From: an uncultured Planctomycetaceae bacterium
Lineage (GTDB): Bacteria > Planctomycetota > Planctomycetia > Planctomycetales > Planctomycetaceae
Direction of reading: 5' to 3'
Length of the DNA: 64,000 nt
Assembly (NCBI GenBank): GCA_963976765.1
Contig: CAXBME010000005.1
Span: forward strand, 310,001-374,000
Part shown: piece by piece, positions 1 to 10,603 of the stretch
Layout of the letters: each line of letters opens with the position of its first letter
Position numbering within the stretch: the stretch's first letter is position 1
Translations under genes and position numbers: made by a program
Notes under the pieces: generated by a model
What the model saw: only the letters and a program-made list of their open reading frames with translations
What the model was told of the DNA's origin: nothing
Database searches by the model: none

Positions 1-56
1 TCGCAGGGACCACATCGATTCCCTGCGGCGTTTTCCGACTTGGGAACTGAACGCAC

Positions 57-1925
57 TTAACTGTCCGGCGTAAGTTCAGTCAGCGTGATCTCCGAAAACC
101 TGGCAGGACCGCCTTTTGTGGCGAGACGGATTTCGGGGAGTTCGCCGTTCGGTCGTCGTGGCACAGCGGCCAGCGGGCGTTCGTTGATTGAAACGAACCA
201 TCCGTTCGGTTGTTGTTCGATGATGGCGGCTGCTTCGCCGCTGAACTGCGCAGGCGGGTTGCTGCCGAGAATCCTGAAGTCGCCGAGGTCGGAAGCTCGT
301 TCGCCGACGCTGATTCCGGCTTCGCTGAACTGAAGGGCGTATCGTGGGCCATTGCGTTGCTCATGCGGCGCGAAACCGAAATGGATCTCGGCAGACTCAG
401 CCTCCGCGCGATCAACAAAAACGATCAATCGGTAGAGTTCGATCGGCCGCTGCTGCCCGTCGTCTTTCTTGAAGAGCGTCCTCACGAGTAGTCCGTTGGT
501 ACCTTCGAGCGTCGCTGACTGAGGCGGGACGATCCAGTTGCCGCTGCGTTGTTGCCAGCCTGCGGTGTTGATTCCGTTAAACAGTCGCAGCGAGGGGCCC
601 AGATCTTTCATCCTGATTTTTGACGGCGGGACCGAGTGAGCGGCGTTCTTTCGCGACTCCAAAATCCAGGTCGTGCCGGCGACGGCCAACGCAGCTCCGA
701 TAAACCCTTTAAGCAGGATCTGTCGGCGGTTCGAAGTCTTGTCGTCCGCGCATTGAGCATCTGCAAAACCAGAATCGGTTTTCAACTCGCCCGCGTCTAA
801 CATTGCATTTGCTTGCTGAGGTTTCGCCAATTCCAGCGTTGGTGCCGACGACCCTGTGGCTGTCCTGCCGCCAAACAGGTCAGGGCAAACGCTGTCGATC
901 AGTGAAAGCAGCTCCGGATAACTTTCCGGACGATCGTCGACCGATTGAGCCATCATTCGGTCAAGAAGTCTGTAAGTTCCCGGCGAGAGGCCGGGACGGA
1001 GTTCTTCCAGGCGTGTCAGGCGGTCAGCCAGCTTTCTGGCCATGATCTGAGTCAGGTTTGAACCATCGAACGGCGGCTTTCCGGACAGCATCTGGTAGAC
1101 GCTCGCTCCGAGCGAATAAACGTCGGCGCGAAGGTCGACATCACTCTGCTGAAACTGTTCGGGAGCCATGTAGTGAGGGCTGCCGACGGTGGTATTGTCC
1201 GACGTAAGTCGAGTACCCGACTCGTCGACGTTGGTCAGGATGGCCAGACCGAAGTCGGCGATCTTGACCAGCGGCATGTCGGCAGGAAACGGAATGCCTT
1301 CGGGTGGCTCGACCAGCAGCAGGTTGCCTGGTTTGATGTCTCGATGGACGACTCCGTGATTGGCCGCGTGAGCCAGGCCGGCCGCCGTTTGACGCGCGAT
1401 TCCCCAGGCGAGCCGTTCGTCGAGTGGGCCTTTCCGCTTGATCAGATCGGCAAGTTCTTCGCCCTCGACCAGCTCCATCGCGAAGTAGACGCGGCCATCG
1501 GTCTTGCCGAAGTCGTATCCGCCAACAATATTTGGATGCTGAAGCTGGGCGACCGTGCGTGCTTCCTGCTCGAACCGACTGAGCGCCGATGCCGAACCCA
1601 TTCGGTTGACGAGAACAGTCTTCAGGGCGACGGTTCTTCCGAGGTTCAACTGCTTCGCTTCATAGACGACACCCATGCCGCCCTTGCCGAGTACGCTCAG
1701 GATTTCGTAGCCGGGTACGGTTTCTTTCGGACGGAGCAGCGTCCCGATGATTTCAATTTCGATTGCGTCGAGCAGGCCCTTGCGCAGAGCCAGTGTCTCG
1801 GGAGCGACCGACGTCTGCCGACACTCTTCGGCTAACCGGGCAAGCGATGCCGACGTTGCGTAGTTCAGACGTTCGGCCAGTCTCAGAAATTCATCGGCCG
1901 CCGGGTTATTAACGTCGAACGTCAT
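57..1925 (-). CDS. Hanks-type Ser/Thr protein kinase with one TM helix and a C-terminal DUF1080-like beta domain
   Basis: GKGGMG, VALK, HRDIKPGN, DFG and APE motifs; TM GFIGAALAVAGTTWIL; LFNGINTAGW resembles the DUF1080 start motif. Confidence 0.92.
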   Translation of the reverse strand: MTFDVNNPAADEFLRLAERLNYATSASLARLAEECRQTSVAPETLALRKGLLDAIEIEIIGTLLRPKETVPGYEILSVLGKGGMGVVYEAKQLNLGRTVALKTVLVNRMGSASALSRFEQEARTVAQLQHPNIVGGYDFGKTDGRVYFAMELVEGEELADLIKRKGPLDERLAWGIARQTAAGLAHAANHGVVHRDIKPGNLLLVEPPEGIPFPADMPLVKIADFGLAILTNVDESGTRLTSDNTTVGSPHYMAPEQFQQSDVDLRADVYSLGASVYQMLSGKPPFDGSNLTQIMARKLADRLTRLEELRPGLSPGTYRLLDRMMAQSVDDRPESYPELLSLIDSVCPDLFGGRTATGSSAPTLELAKPQQANAMLDAGELKTDSGFADAQCADDKTSNRRQILLKGFIGAALAVAGTTWILESRKNAAHSVPPSKIRMKDLGPSLRLFNGINTAGWQQRSGNWIVPPQSATLEGTNGLLVRTLFKKDDGQQRPIELYRLIVFVDRAEAESAEIHFGFAPHEQRNGPRYALQFSEAGISVGERASDLGDFRILGSNPPAQFSGEAAAIIEQQPNGWFVSINERPLAAVPRRPNGELPEIRLATKGGPARFSEITLTELTPDS

Positions 1926-2689
1926 TCGGCTGCTGGTTTCTCGCTGGAGGAAGTTTCATTCGAAGCTGTCTCCGGTTCCGGATCGACGACTGGCGTGTCT
2001 CCGGGCTGAGAAGTTTCCAATGCTGAGTCGTCGGCACGTTTCAGCTTTTCGACCTCGGTCAGCATCGTCTGAATGCTGGGTCGATCACCAATGTGCTCGC
2101 CGACGTAGGCGTATTGCACGTTACCGACCGAGTCGACGATGTACGTGGCCGGCTTCGACAGATCCTTTCGAATTCCCAGTTGATCGACACCCTTCAGCTC
2201 GACATCCAGCAGGACAGGAAACGGGACCGGGCTGGTCGCGTCGTCCAGCTTTGTCCTGACTTCGTCCAGAAAGCTGTTGAGACGCTCGCTGTCTGAGCCC
2301 GTTTCAATCGGGTAAACGACCGCGACTTCGGCTTCAAGCGCCTGGAATTTTTCGTAGTTGGAAATCAGCTGTGCGGTCTGAGTCGAGCAGTAGGGGCAGA
2401 TCGGAACCGTGTTCCCTCGGGTAACGACGACAACGAGAGTCCTGCCGGGAGCGAGGTCTCGAATCATTCGCTCTTCACCGGTCGACGCGATAAACGAAAG
2501 TGAAGTCAGGCCGGCGTTCAGTGACGAATTGCTGGAAGCGTCATCGACGAACGTGATCTCGCCGCTGCCGTAATAGCTTCCGTAAGGGGCAGAATCTGCA
2601 CCCGTGTTTGCGTAGGGATCTGCGGGAGTTGGGTCGCCACATCCCGTGGCGACTCCCAGCAGCAGAATCATCCAGAAATTTATTTTCAT
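1922..2689 (-). CDS. AhpC/TSA (peroxiredoxin-like redoxin) lipoprotein
   Basis: Lipobox-like signal MKINFWMILLLGVATGC; CPYC motif; VPFPVLLD...PATYIVD...YAYVG...DRP redoxin signature; start reassigned to ATG 2689; 4-nt overlap with the kinase start. Confidence 0.8.
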   Translation of the reverse strand: MKINFWMILLLGVATGCGDPTPADPYANTGADSAPYGSYYGSGEITFVDDASSNSSLNAGLTSLSFIASTGEERMIRDLAPGRTLVVVVTRGNTVPICPYCSTQTAQLISNYEKFQALEAEVAVVYPIETGSDSERLNSFLDEVRTKLDDATSPVPFPVLLDVELKGVDQLGIRKDLSKPATYIVDSVGNVQYAYVGEHIGDRPSIQTMLTEVEKLKRADDSALETSQPGDTPVVDPEPETASNETSSSEKPAAE

Positions 2690-2802
2690 TGTGGACTCCA
2701 CGCGATCGACCATCTCGATGAGCAGCAAGAGAAGGACTCCTCTGCTGAGTGCAGAATAATTCCGTCGGCACTTTGCGACAGACAGGGAACAATATCAGAA
2801 AT

Positions 2803-2845
2803 TAAAAAGAAAGGAGCCTGTCCGGGCGATGCCGGGCAGGCTCCT
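2803..2845 (-). terminator. Intrinsic terminator
   Basis: Minus strand reads AGGAGCCTGCCCGG-loop-CCGGACAGGCTCCT followed by TTCTTTTT, downstream of the ORF ending at 2895. Confidence 0.7.
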
Positions 2846-2894
2846 GATGACCGAATCAGTGCTCAGTCGATTGGATTCGGCGTTGGGCCGACCA

Positions 2895-3875
2895 TTATGG
2901 AATGGCAAAAGTCAGACCGGTCACGACCGCAGCCTGGTTAAGAGCGGCTGTACTGTTCCACGGAATCTGATGAGTCTGTTTGGGGGCACACTCGCCGGGG
3001 TTGTACCAGCCCAGTGCGTATTCTTTCTTGCAGACCGGGTCGATCGTCATCTGGTACGGCAGGCCGACCAGTTGCAGGCCAAACTTTCCAACCGAGACGA
3101 ACGGCTGGACCAGTTCGTGATGAACGTGTCCGTAGCGTTCCAGACCTGGATCCTGGAAGTACAGCGGGTTGTGATGCAGGTTTGACGCCTGCCACTGGTA
3201 CAGGATGGCTTCGTAGTTGCGGACTCCGTCGCTGACTTGACCGAGTTCTACTTCCTCCGGAGCGACAAATTCAGGATCAAGATCCTGTTCGATGTGCGTG
3301 CCGGGCTGATAATCAGCAAACGGCTGAATGTCGCGAATGCTTTTCAGATTTCGCGGATCGGAATCCGCTTTCTGGTAAGCCGACTCGACAGCGTCCACTC
3401 CGACAGAACTGTTCAGCGGAGCCGATTGAAACAATCCGGAATCGAAGTTGTCAGCCGGTGCGGGGGGCACCGCTGATGCTCCCTCATTGCCCTGTCCGCC
3501 GTCCTGGCTCACCAGGACAAAAACCGTTGGCTCGTCGGAGTAAGCCGCGACTGCACCACCGTTTTGCGGAAGCCGACCGGGCTCAGCTGTCGCCCGCTGG
3601 TTCGAGTGGAATTGAGGGTGCTCGGCCTTGTACTGTTCGTAGCGCTTCTCGGCCGAGCGGCCTTTGAACTTCTGCAGCGTCTTCGACAGGAAGGATTGTC
3701 TCTCGCCGGGTTCTGCCGCGCTGGCTGTGCCGAAGGAATCGACAGAGGCCGTTCCTGCCAGCAGCGAGAGACCAAGAATCGCAATCAGTCGCTGCCGACC
3801 TCTGCGTTCAGAGCCGGTCCATAGGTCCGTGCTCTGCTGTGTAATTCGGTGCTTCCTGAGTGATCGAAATATCAT
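2895..3875 (-). CDS. Planctomycete-type exported hypothetical protein (start uncertain)
   Basis: Signal-like [14 protein letters not shown]...ASA; conserved-looking C-terminus [15 protein letters not shown]...LPYQM; first plausible ATG overlaps the guaB 3' end. Confidence 0.7.
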   Translation of the reverse strand: MIFRSLRKHRITQQSTDLWTGSERRGRQRLIAILGLSLLAGTASVDSFGTASAAEPGERQSFLSKTLQKFKGRSAEKRYEQYKAEHPQFHSNQRATAEPGRLPQNGGAVAAYSDEPTVFVLVSQDGGQGNEGASAVPPAPADNFDSGLFQSAPLNSSVGVDAVESAYQKADSDPRNLKSIRDIQPFADYQPGTHIEQDLDPEFVAPEEVELGQVSDGVRNYEAILYQWQASNLHHNPLYFQDPGLERYGHVHHELVQPFVSVGKFGLQLVGLPYQMTIDPVCKKEYALGWYNPGECAPKQTHQIPWNSTAALNQAAVVTGLTFAIP

Positions 3876-5295
3876 GGGGGTGATTCTCCCTGACCGAAGC
3901 TGCGGAAATCTGGATAAACCGAGCGTTTCGCAACTCTGGAATCGTCCTTGCTCCAAGGTAACCCATTCCTGCACGCAGCCCGCCCATGAGCTGATACAGG
4001 AAACTATTCAGCGGCCCCTTGTGAGGAACTCGCCCTTCAACTCCTTCGGGCACCAGCTTCTTGCCACCGTCTTTGCCGGAATCCTTTCCGCCTTGCCGGT
4101 AGCGTTCGCTGCTGCCTTTGACCATGGCTCCGAGAGACCCCATACCGCGGTACGTCTTGAACGTTCGCCCCTGGTACAGAATCAGCTCTCCCGGACTTTC
4201 GTCCAGTCCTGCCAGCAGGCCGCCGAGCATTACGGTGTTGGCACCTGCCGCCAGAGCTTTCGTTATGTCTCCACTGAATCGAATTCCGCCATCCGCAATG
4301 ATCGGCACTCCCGAATCGCCAACGCCCCGCAGAGCGTTTGTCACGGCAGTGAGCTGAGGAACTCCTACTCCCGAGATGATCCGAGTTGTGCAGATTGAAC
4401 CCGGACCGATGCCGACCTTTACGGCGTCCGCTCCAGCTTCCACCAGATCGCGAGCCCCTTGCTCCGTCGCAACGTTGCCCGCGATGACGTCGATATCCCA
4501 GCGGGATTTCAGTTCACGGACGGTATCGATGACGTTCTTCGAATGTCCGTGAGCCGAATCGACGGTCAGAACATCCACACCTGCGTTCAACAGGCTGGCA
4601 GCACGTTCAAAATCGCCGACCCCGATCGCCGCCCCGACTCGCAATCTGCCCCGTTCGTCTTTCGATGCCTTCGGGTAGCGCAGATTCTTATCGATGTCTT
4701 TGATCGTGATTAATCCCTTCAATCGGTATTCTTCGTCAATCAGTAACAGTTTCTCCACTTTATTTTCGAGAAGAATCTTCTGAGCAGCTATCAGATCTGT
4801 TTCTTCCGGTGCGGTGACGAGGTTTTCTTTCGTCATGACGTCCTTAATCCGGGTGTCTTCCCCTTCAAGAAATCGCAGGTCGCGGCTGGTCAGAATGCCA
4901 CGCAACGTGCCGTCTTCTTCAGTAATTGGCACGCCGCCGATATTCCGCTCGGTCATGATCTGACGAGCTTCGCCGACGGTCGCGCTCGGTCGCAGCGTGA
5001 GTGGATCCGCAATCACGCCGTTTTCGCTGCGTTTGACCCGATCGACTTCCAGAGTCTGCTGCTCGATCGACATGTTCTTATGAATGATGCCGATGCCGCC
5101 TTCCTGAGCCAGAGCGATGGCCATGTCACTTTCGGTGACGGTGTCCATCGGGCTGCTGACGACGGGAACGTTTAGCGAAATCCGTCGCGTGAATCTCGTG
5201 CCGAGATCGCAGTCGGACGGAAGAATTTCACTGAAGGCTGGTTCGAGCAGAACGTCGTCGAACGTGATTCCTGGGCAGACAATGCGATCCTGCAT
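3808..5295 (-). CDS. guaB: IMP dehydrogenase
   Basis: [20 protein letters not shown] pair, catalytic [25 protein letters not shown]. Confidence 0.98.
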   Translation of the reverse strand: MQDRIVCPGITFDDVLLEPAFSEILPSDCDLGTRFTRRISLNVPVVSSPMDTVTESDMAIALAQEGGIGIIHKNMSIEQQTLEVDRVKRSENGVIADPLTLRPSATVGEARQIMTERNIGGVPITEEDGTLRGILTSRDLRFLEGEDTRIKDVMTKENLVTAPEETDLIAAQKILLENKVEKLLLIDEEYRLKGLITIKDIDKNLRYPKASKDERGRLRVGAAIGVGDFERAASLLNAGVDVLTVDSAHGHSKNVIDTVRELKSRWDIDVIAGNVATEQGARDLVEAGADAVKVGIGPGSICTTRIISGVGVPQLTAVTNALRGVGDSGVPIIADGGIRFSGDITKALAAGANTVMLGGLLAGLDESPGELILYQGRTFKTYRGMGSLGAMVKGSSERYRQGGKDSGKDGGKKLVPEGVEGRVPHKGPLNSFLYQLMGGLRAGMGYLGARTIPELRNARFIQISAASVRENHPHDISITQEAPNYTAEHGPMDRL

Positions 5296-5328
5296 GATCG
5301 AGTTCCTGTGAGCGTGGCACGGTATGGG

Positions 5329-5428
5329 AAATGACCATTGAAAAAATGACCAATAACCAGGGGCAGGCGCGGGCGACTGGTCGTCAAGCCCGCTTACCTG
5401 GACATTGGTTATTGATCATTGGTCATTC
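5329..5428. repeat. Long imperfect palindrome built from AATGACC/AATAACC heptamers
   Basis: aatgacc..aatgacc aataacc [GC-rich inner stem gcgggc/gcccgc] ggttatt gatcatt ggtcatt. Confidence 0.65.
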
Positions 5429-5451
5429 AGCACTTTCATTGTGCCGAGTGG

Positions 5452-6363
5452 TCACTCGTGCCGCAGGATAGCGTTTTTGAGCGAATTCGACAGGGAAACA
5501 AGCTGGGCAACTTCCAGTTCTTCCGCTCGAATTTCCGGCACGAGGCCTTCAGTTGCGAAACACTCATCAACCGCCGACTTCGGCATCTGCTTGCGATACA
5601 TGCCGCAAATCACGCTCCGCATATGCTTGCGGCGATGTTGAAACACTCGGCGAACGAAGTCCTGGTAGAACACTCGGTCGACAATCTTCGCGCGTTTTTC
5701 GGGCTGCGGCGCGATCTTCACGACCGCCGAATCAACCTTCGGTCGAGGCCAGAAAATCGTCGGCGGCATCCGCTTGATGACTTTAACTTTGGCCTGAGCC
5801 TGCAACCAGGCGGCCAGTGATCCGTAATTCGAAACGCCCGGCCCCGAGGCCATCCGCTCGGCCAGTTCGAGCTGAATTGTCACGACAATTTTTTCCCACG
5901 GCAGGTCAGTCGCGACCAGATTTGAAATCAGCGGCGTCGCAATGTTGTATGGCAGGTTGGCCACCATTTTCAGCCGGCGACCGGGTTTCGCTTCGAGTTG
6001 CTTTTGCACTTCCGCGATGACTTCTGGAGCGATCAGGTTCTTCGTCTTCAAGGCGTCCTGATTCATCAGCGTGATGTTGTCGAAGTTGGCCGTCTGAGCC
6101 TTCGCGAGCCCGTACATGTTCTCGTCGTACTCGACCGAAACCACATGACCGGCCGCAACGCCCATAAACGTCGTCATTCCGCCGGTGCCCGATCCGACTT
6201 CCAGGACAACATCATCAGCCGTCAACTCGGCCTCTTCGACGATGAACTCGATGATGTTGATGTCGATCAGAAAGTTCTGACCAAGATCCCCGCGAGGATT
6301 GAACCCATGCTTGTTAAACAGGTCCATTAAATGAGATCGAGTTTGTCGAACAGCTTCGCGCAT
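5452..6363 (-). CDS. rsmA: 16S rRNA m6,2A dimethyltransferase RsmA/KsgA
   Basis: LGQNFL, VLEVGSGTG, VANLPYNI, FWPRPKVDSAVV; start set at ATG 6363. Confidence 0.96.
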   Translation of the reverse strand: MREAVRQTRSHLMDLFNKHGFNPRGDLGQNFLIDINIIEFIVEEAELTADDVVLEVGSGTGGMTTFMGVAAGHVVSVEYDENMYGLAKAQTANFDNITLMNQDALKTKNLIAPEVIAEVQKQLEAKPGRRLKMVANLPYNIATPLISNLVATDLPWEKIVVTIQLELAERMASGPGVSNYGSLAAWLQAQAKVKVIKRMPPTIFWPRPKVDSAVVKIAPQPEKRAKIVDRVFYQDFVRRVFQHRRKHMRSVICGMYRKQMPKSAVDECFATEGLVPEIRAEELEVAQLVSLSNSLKNAILRHE

Positions 6364-6393
6364 GTGGAGCAGTTTTCGGGTTCGTGGATTTTG

Positions 6394-6487
6394 AATCGCA
6401 GAGTTCACAGAGGAGAACCGCCGAGGTCGCTGAGTTTTGAACGGTTCTCCCCGCTCTCCGCGTCGTGCCTCTCCGTCCTCTGCGATT
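6394..6487. repeat. REP/MITE-like palindromic element (CGCAGAG...CTCTGCG family)
   Basis: Perfect 10-bp terminal inverted repeat AATCGCAGAG / CTCTGCGATT with internal cagag/ctcc periodicity. Confidence 0.65.
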
Positions 6488-6500
6488 AGATTTTCTCTTG

Positions 6501-7097
6501 TCAGCTTCGACCGGCCATCAGTTTGTCGACGTACTTTCCGAGGATATCGGTCTCGATGTTAACGATCTCGCCCTCAGTCCGGATCCCCAGCGTGGTGACT
6601 TCCAGCGTGTGAGGAATTAACGCGACGCTGAATCGGTCTTCTTCAACGTTCACCACGGTCAGGCTTATTCCATCGACTGTGATCGACCCCTTCGGCACCA
6701 TCAGCCGAGCGAGTTCCGTCGGCACTTTGAACCACATCGTGACCCACTCGCCGTCGCGGTCGACCGAAACAACTTCGCCAGTCCCGTCGACATGTCCCTG
6801 CACAAAGTGTCCGCCGAGACGCCCATCCACCGGCAGCGACCGCTCCAGATTAACCGGATGCCCGTCCGCCAGCCGTCCCAGATTCGTCTTCGACAGCGTC
6901 TCTGTTCCTGCCTGAAAAGCAGCCACTTCATCGGCAAGTTCGATCACCGTCAGGCAGCAACCGTTGATGCAGACACTGTCGCCGATACCGAGTCCATTTC
7001 GAATCTCATCCGGCACCGCAATATCCAGCCGCACCGCGTCGCCTTCCGGAACGATCGCCGTAACCTCGCCCTGTCCTTCCACCAGCCCGGTAAACAT
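6501..7097 (-). CDS. ribE: Riboflavin synthase (alpha chain)
   Basis: N-terminal MFTGLVE signature (start 7097), NGCCLTV, GGHFVQGHVD, DGISLTV. Confidence 0.97.
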   Translation of the reverse strand: MFTGLVEGQGEVTAIVPEGDAVRLDIAVPDEIRNGLGIGDSVCINGCCLTVIELADEVAAFQAGTETLSKTNLGRLADGHPVNLERSLPVDGRLGGHFVQGHVDGTGEVVSVDRDGEWVTMWFKVPTELARLMVPKGSITVDGISLTVVNVEEDRFSVALIPHTLEVTTLGIRTEGEIVNIETDILGKYVDKLMAGRS

Positions 7098-7114
7098 GTC
7101 GATTCTCTTTGTGT

Positions 7115-7237
7115 CGTAGGTCAGGCTGTACCTGACGGAATCCTGATTTGCCGCTCCGCAGTCATTGTACTTCTTAGCGTCATTACGCCCTTTGCGTGAG
7201 CCTCGTCCGTACATCGTCAGGCACAGCCCGATCTACG
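7115..7237. repeat. Inverted pair of GTAG-type REP elements, with a half CTTTGCG-type repeat nested inside
   Basis: CGTAGGTCAGGCTGTACCTGACG (7115-7137) and CGTCAGGCACAGCCCGATCTACG (7215-7237); the second supplies the pssA TAG stop. Confidence 0.75.
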
Positions 7238-8078
7238 ACGACGCGTCCTCTTTCAGTCCAGACTGCTCCCGCGACTTCGGAACCATCACGCTTTGCCACA
7301 ATGCTCTACAGGGCGAGGCGAAGGCGAAATAGCAGAAGATCAGCGGCACCGCCATCTCACGAACGCTGAAGACAACCGCTCCGGTAAAGACGATCTGGAT
7401 GAGATGGCCACGGCTGCGTTTTCCCGTAAACAACTGATTAAAGACGTGCGAGTAGCGAATCCGAGTGACCATCAGGCAGGCCACCGCCAGAGTGATCAAA
7501 GGCAGAACTTCGAGGAATGCCGGCTCCAGCCATGTTGCGATTCGGCGAGCAAACTCCGAAACATTTTCGCCCGGCCCCGTCAGTTTTCCGAGCCCGTACA
7601 TCGCGACGGGAAACGAAGCGATGACTCCGGCGGCGGCTGGCGAAGGAAGCCCGCTGAAAACGTCGTGCGAGTCCTCTTCGTCTGTTTCGACAGTGAATCT
7701 CGCCAACCGAAGAATCGCACAGGCAACGTACAGTCCGGCGATGACCCACATAATTCGAGGATGCAGCATGCTCTGCAACGAAAACTGCCTCATAAGGAAT
7801 GCAGGCGCGACTCCGAACGTGACGACGTCACAAAGACTGTCGAGCTGTGCGCCGAATTCGCTGGACTGATTCGCCCACCGTGCGGCTCGACCGTCCAACG
7901 CGTCAAACAGCATGCCTCCGAAGATGCACATCGACGCGTAAAGCAGGTGCGAATCTCCAGCCTGCACATCTTCGATGCCCAGCCGAGCGGCGTAGGTAAT
8001 CGCCGCAAATCCGCACAGCGCGTTGCCGAGTGTCAGCAGCGTGGGCAGGACAGCAAATGCTCGTTCGCGTTTACTCAT
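7233..8078 (-). CDS. pssA: CDP-diacylglycerol--serine O-phosphatidyltransferase (CDP-alcohol phosphatidyltransferase family)
   Basis: LPTLLTLGN; DALDGRAAR..S.FGAQLDSLCD..TFGVAPA motif; LRLARF; FSGLPSP. Confidence 0.88.
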   Translation of the reverse strand: MSKRERAFAVLPTLLTLGNALCGFAAITYAARLGIEDVQAGDSHLLYASMCIFGGMLFDALDGRAARWANQSSEFGAQLDSLCDVVTFGVAPAFLMRQFSLQSMLHPRIMWVIAGLYVACAILRLARFTVETDEEDSHDVFSGLPSPAAAGVIASFPVAMYGLGKLTGPGENVSEFARRIATWLEPAFLEVLPLITLAVACLMVTRIRYSHVFNQLFTGKRSRGHLIQIVFTGAVVFSVREMAVPLIFCYFAFASPCRALWQSVMVPKSREQSGLKEDASS

Positions 8079-8332
8079 GGAAATCGGCCATTAACGGGAG
8101 AAACTCAGATCAGGCGTCACTGTCGACCGTAGACTAACGCCAGATTCAGACCCGAATTCCTGCGTTCTACGATCGTTCACCGCCCCACGCAACGGTCACG
8201 TCCGCTACCGGCTCAATTCCTGACAAATCCTGACGACACATCCCGAATAGTCAGTCGTGTTTTCACCGATCGACGGCACTCAGGCCGATCAACCGTCATG
8301 CCCGCACCGACGGAACCATGAGCTTTTCAGGT

Positions 8333-9298
8333 TTACTCCGCACTCGGAGCGAGGATCCCCAGCGACCGCAGCTTCTCGCCGCACTCGTCGCGTTCGCGGC
8401 TGCGTTTCAGCGGTGCCCATTTTTCGTCCTGAACTTCCAGGAACAACGCCTCGTCAAATGGCGGAGCGATTCCGCGTTCAGCTCCGGCAGCCATCAGTCG
8501 CTGGATGACTCCCTGGTCAGGTTGCGTCAGAAACTGGCCGTTCACGCGGTAGTCGCTGAACGCTTCCCAGACGCAGGGGAAGAGTGGCTGCACGATCTGC
8601 TCACCGATCGTGCGAGCGAATTCGCGAATCTCTAACTGAGCGTGCGAGTCCATCCTCAGCGCCAGAAAATGCAGCAGGTTGTGCAGATCAACTTTCCAGT
8701 AAGCTTCCGTGTACGTCGACAGCGGAAGATCTTTGCGAGCCTGCTCGCGGGCGACGCCCTTATCGAGCCGCTCCTGATAAACGCGGCGGGACATCTCCTG
8801 CAGCTCTTTTTCAGACGCCGTCAGCTCAGCCCCGAGCGTCTCGTCAAGCAGTCCGTCGCTGCCCTGCCGATTGGATTCCGCCTGAGTCCGCCATTCATTG
8901 GGAGGGGTTGCCTGTGCAGCGTCGATCGCGATCGAGTATCGCGTGCTGTACTCGTTGACGTTTGCCGTGCGGTGCCGAATCCACTGCCGCCAGCAGTCCA
9001 TGGGGACTCGTACGAGCAGCTTGATTTCAGCCATCTCGAACGGCGTCGAGTGACGATGCCGCATCAGATACCGGATCAGCGTCCGGTCGTCAGACACCTT
9101 CCGAGTCCCTTCGCCATAGCTCACCCGAGCTGCCTGCGTGACTGCTGCATCGTCTCCCATAACGTCGACCAGGCAGACAAACCCGTCGTCCAGCACCTGG
9201 AACTTCTTCCAGCGAAGCTCATTCACAAGAGCCGCCCGCTCCTGCGCTGCCTGCTGGTTTGCTGAAGAATCACCGCCCGTACTTAGAGAATCAGTCAT
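8333..9298 (-). CDS. thyX: FAD-dependent thymidylate synthase
   Basis: AARVSY, HSTPFE, RHRTANVNEYSTRY motif, REQAR, HAQLEIR. Confidence 0.96.
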   Translation of the reverse strand: MTDSLSTGGDSSANQQAAQERAALVNELRWKKFQVLDDGFVCLVDVMGDDAAVTQAARVSYGEGTRKVSDDRTLIRYLMRHRHSTPFEMAEIKLLVRVPMDCWRQWIRHRTANVNEYSTRYSIAIDAAQATPPNEWRTQAESNRQGSDGLLDETLGAELTASEKELQEMSRRVYQERLDKGVAREQARKDLPLSTYTEAYWKVDLHNLLHFLALRMDSHAQLEIREFARTIGEQIVQPLFPCVWEAFSDYRVNGQFLTQPDQGVIQRLMAAGAERGIAPPFDEALFLEVQDEKWAPLKRSRERDECGEKLRSLGILAPSAE

Positions 9299-9732
9299 CG
9301 AAAAATCCGTAAGCCGGCCAGACCGACCGTTGCGTGATGTGATCACTGTGAAGAAATGAGGAAGAACTCAGCAAAGGCGAATTCTTGACGGCGACGGCTT
9401 CGGCGTCCAGCGACCATACATTACAGGAATTCTGACAGGCGAACGCTGGCTGTTCGGGAAGGGTGTTACCAGCACCGATCAAGTGTAATCCGGAGGTGAT
9501 TGTCAACTGCCAACGTCTCTGACCAAGCCTGAGCGGCAAGGGCGTTTGCAGGATGCCCTAAATTGGGCAGTCGGAATAACCGAATTGAATCTCAGAAAAC
9601 GGCCTGAATCGGTCGATAATCTCAAAAGCGATAGATGTGCGTGCGTCAGTTCATATGCTCGTGCAACGATTCGAATTGAGTCAGTCCCGGCATGTCAGAA
9701 TGGTCCGACCATTTGCGAGACAGAGGAATCCC

Positions 9733-10497
9733 ATGACACGACTCCATCTTCGGACTCACAATCCAATGGTTATTCTGTTTGCAGTGTGGTTTGCTGGTTG
9801 TGCTTCAGATTCCGGTAATTACCAGCCGCCCATCGCTCGGCGGGAAGGCTCATGGAATGTCGAGGTTGAGAAGGGCATGTTGGGTAATTTCTGGGTCAAT
9901 CTCGGCCCTTATCGGACGGAGAAGATCAACTCGTGGCACGGGACAACGACCTCCGAAACTGGAGTTCAGCAGGCGGGATTCGAAACTAAAGGCAAACCCT
10001 TTGTCTTTGAACTGGCAACACCATCCGGCGACGTGCTCCACGTCGCTCGTGGCATTAAACGAGGTGACAAAATTATCAAGACGGGTCAGGTCGAGATCCC
10101 ATTGGGATCATCATGGACGTACCTTGGCTTGATTACCCGAAATGGACAGCCACTTGCAGAATTCGCGACAAAATTGACAAAAGACGATTTCCTGGGCAGC
10201 TCGCGATCAGCAGAACAAAGCCTCATGGTTGGTTCAAGGCCGATTGTGATCGAGGAGCGAAAGCAACCCTACTCATCAGGTAGTTCCTACATGCAGACTG
10301 TTGGTCAGGATTATTTTCTTGACGGTGTGAAAGTGGGTTCGTTCGAATTTGAACCGTCGTACGATCTATGGGTTGAGCAATCAGCCCCCTTGGAAATCCA
10401 ACACGCAATTGTGGCCCACGTTGCGAGTATGGTCGCTGTAATTGCTGAAGCTGAGAAGCAGGCTGCGGCTGCCAGTTGGTCAAATATCAGACTATGA
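9733..10497 (+). CDS. Hypothetical lipoprotein
   Basis: GAGGA RBS before ATG 9733; lipobox-like FAVWFAGC. Confidence 0.65.
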   Translation: MTRLHLRTHNPMVILFAVWFAGCASDSGNYQPPIARREGSWNVEVEKGMLGNFWVNLGPYRTEKINSWHGTTTSETGVQQAGFETKGKPFVFELATPSGDVLHVARGIKRGDKIIKTGQVEIPLGSSWTYLGLITRNGQPLAEFATKLTKDDFLGSSRSAEQSLMVGSRPIVIEERKQPYSSGSSYMQTVGQDYFLDGVKVGSFEFEPSYDLWVEQSAPLEIQHAIVAHVASMVAVIAEAEKQAAAASWSNIRL

Positions 10498-10603
10498 GTT
10501 CGGTATTTGTTTGCGCGAGTGCTGAATACCGAAATGCGTCCAACTCAGAGACTTGCTTTCACTCGGTGGCAGTTGTTCATGTGTACGGCGGAAGGATTTG
10601 AAC

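Noticed and set aside
7098..7232. FMN riboswitch before riboflavin synthase (and TPP riboswitch before thiE)
   Set aside because: No consensus aptamer motifs; these spacers are short and filled by REP-like elements
7293..8132. 279-aa plus-strand ORF, and similar long antisense ORFs such as 26322-27326, 29271-30218 and 40120-41115
   Set aside because: Shadow frames opposite well-supported genes in GC-rich DNA, with no motifs
9299..9732. Regulatory RNA upstream of thyX
   Set aside because: No recognisable aptamer or convincing stems, and the promoter-like hexamers have poor spacing
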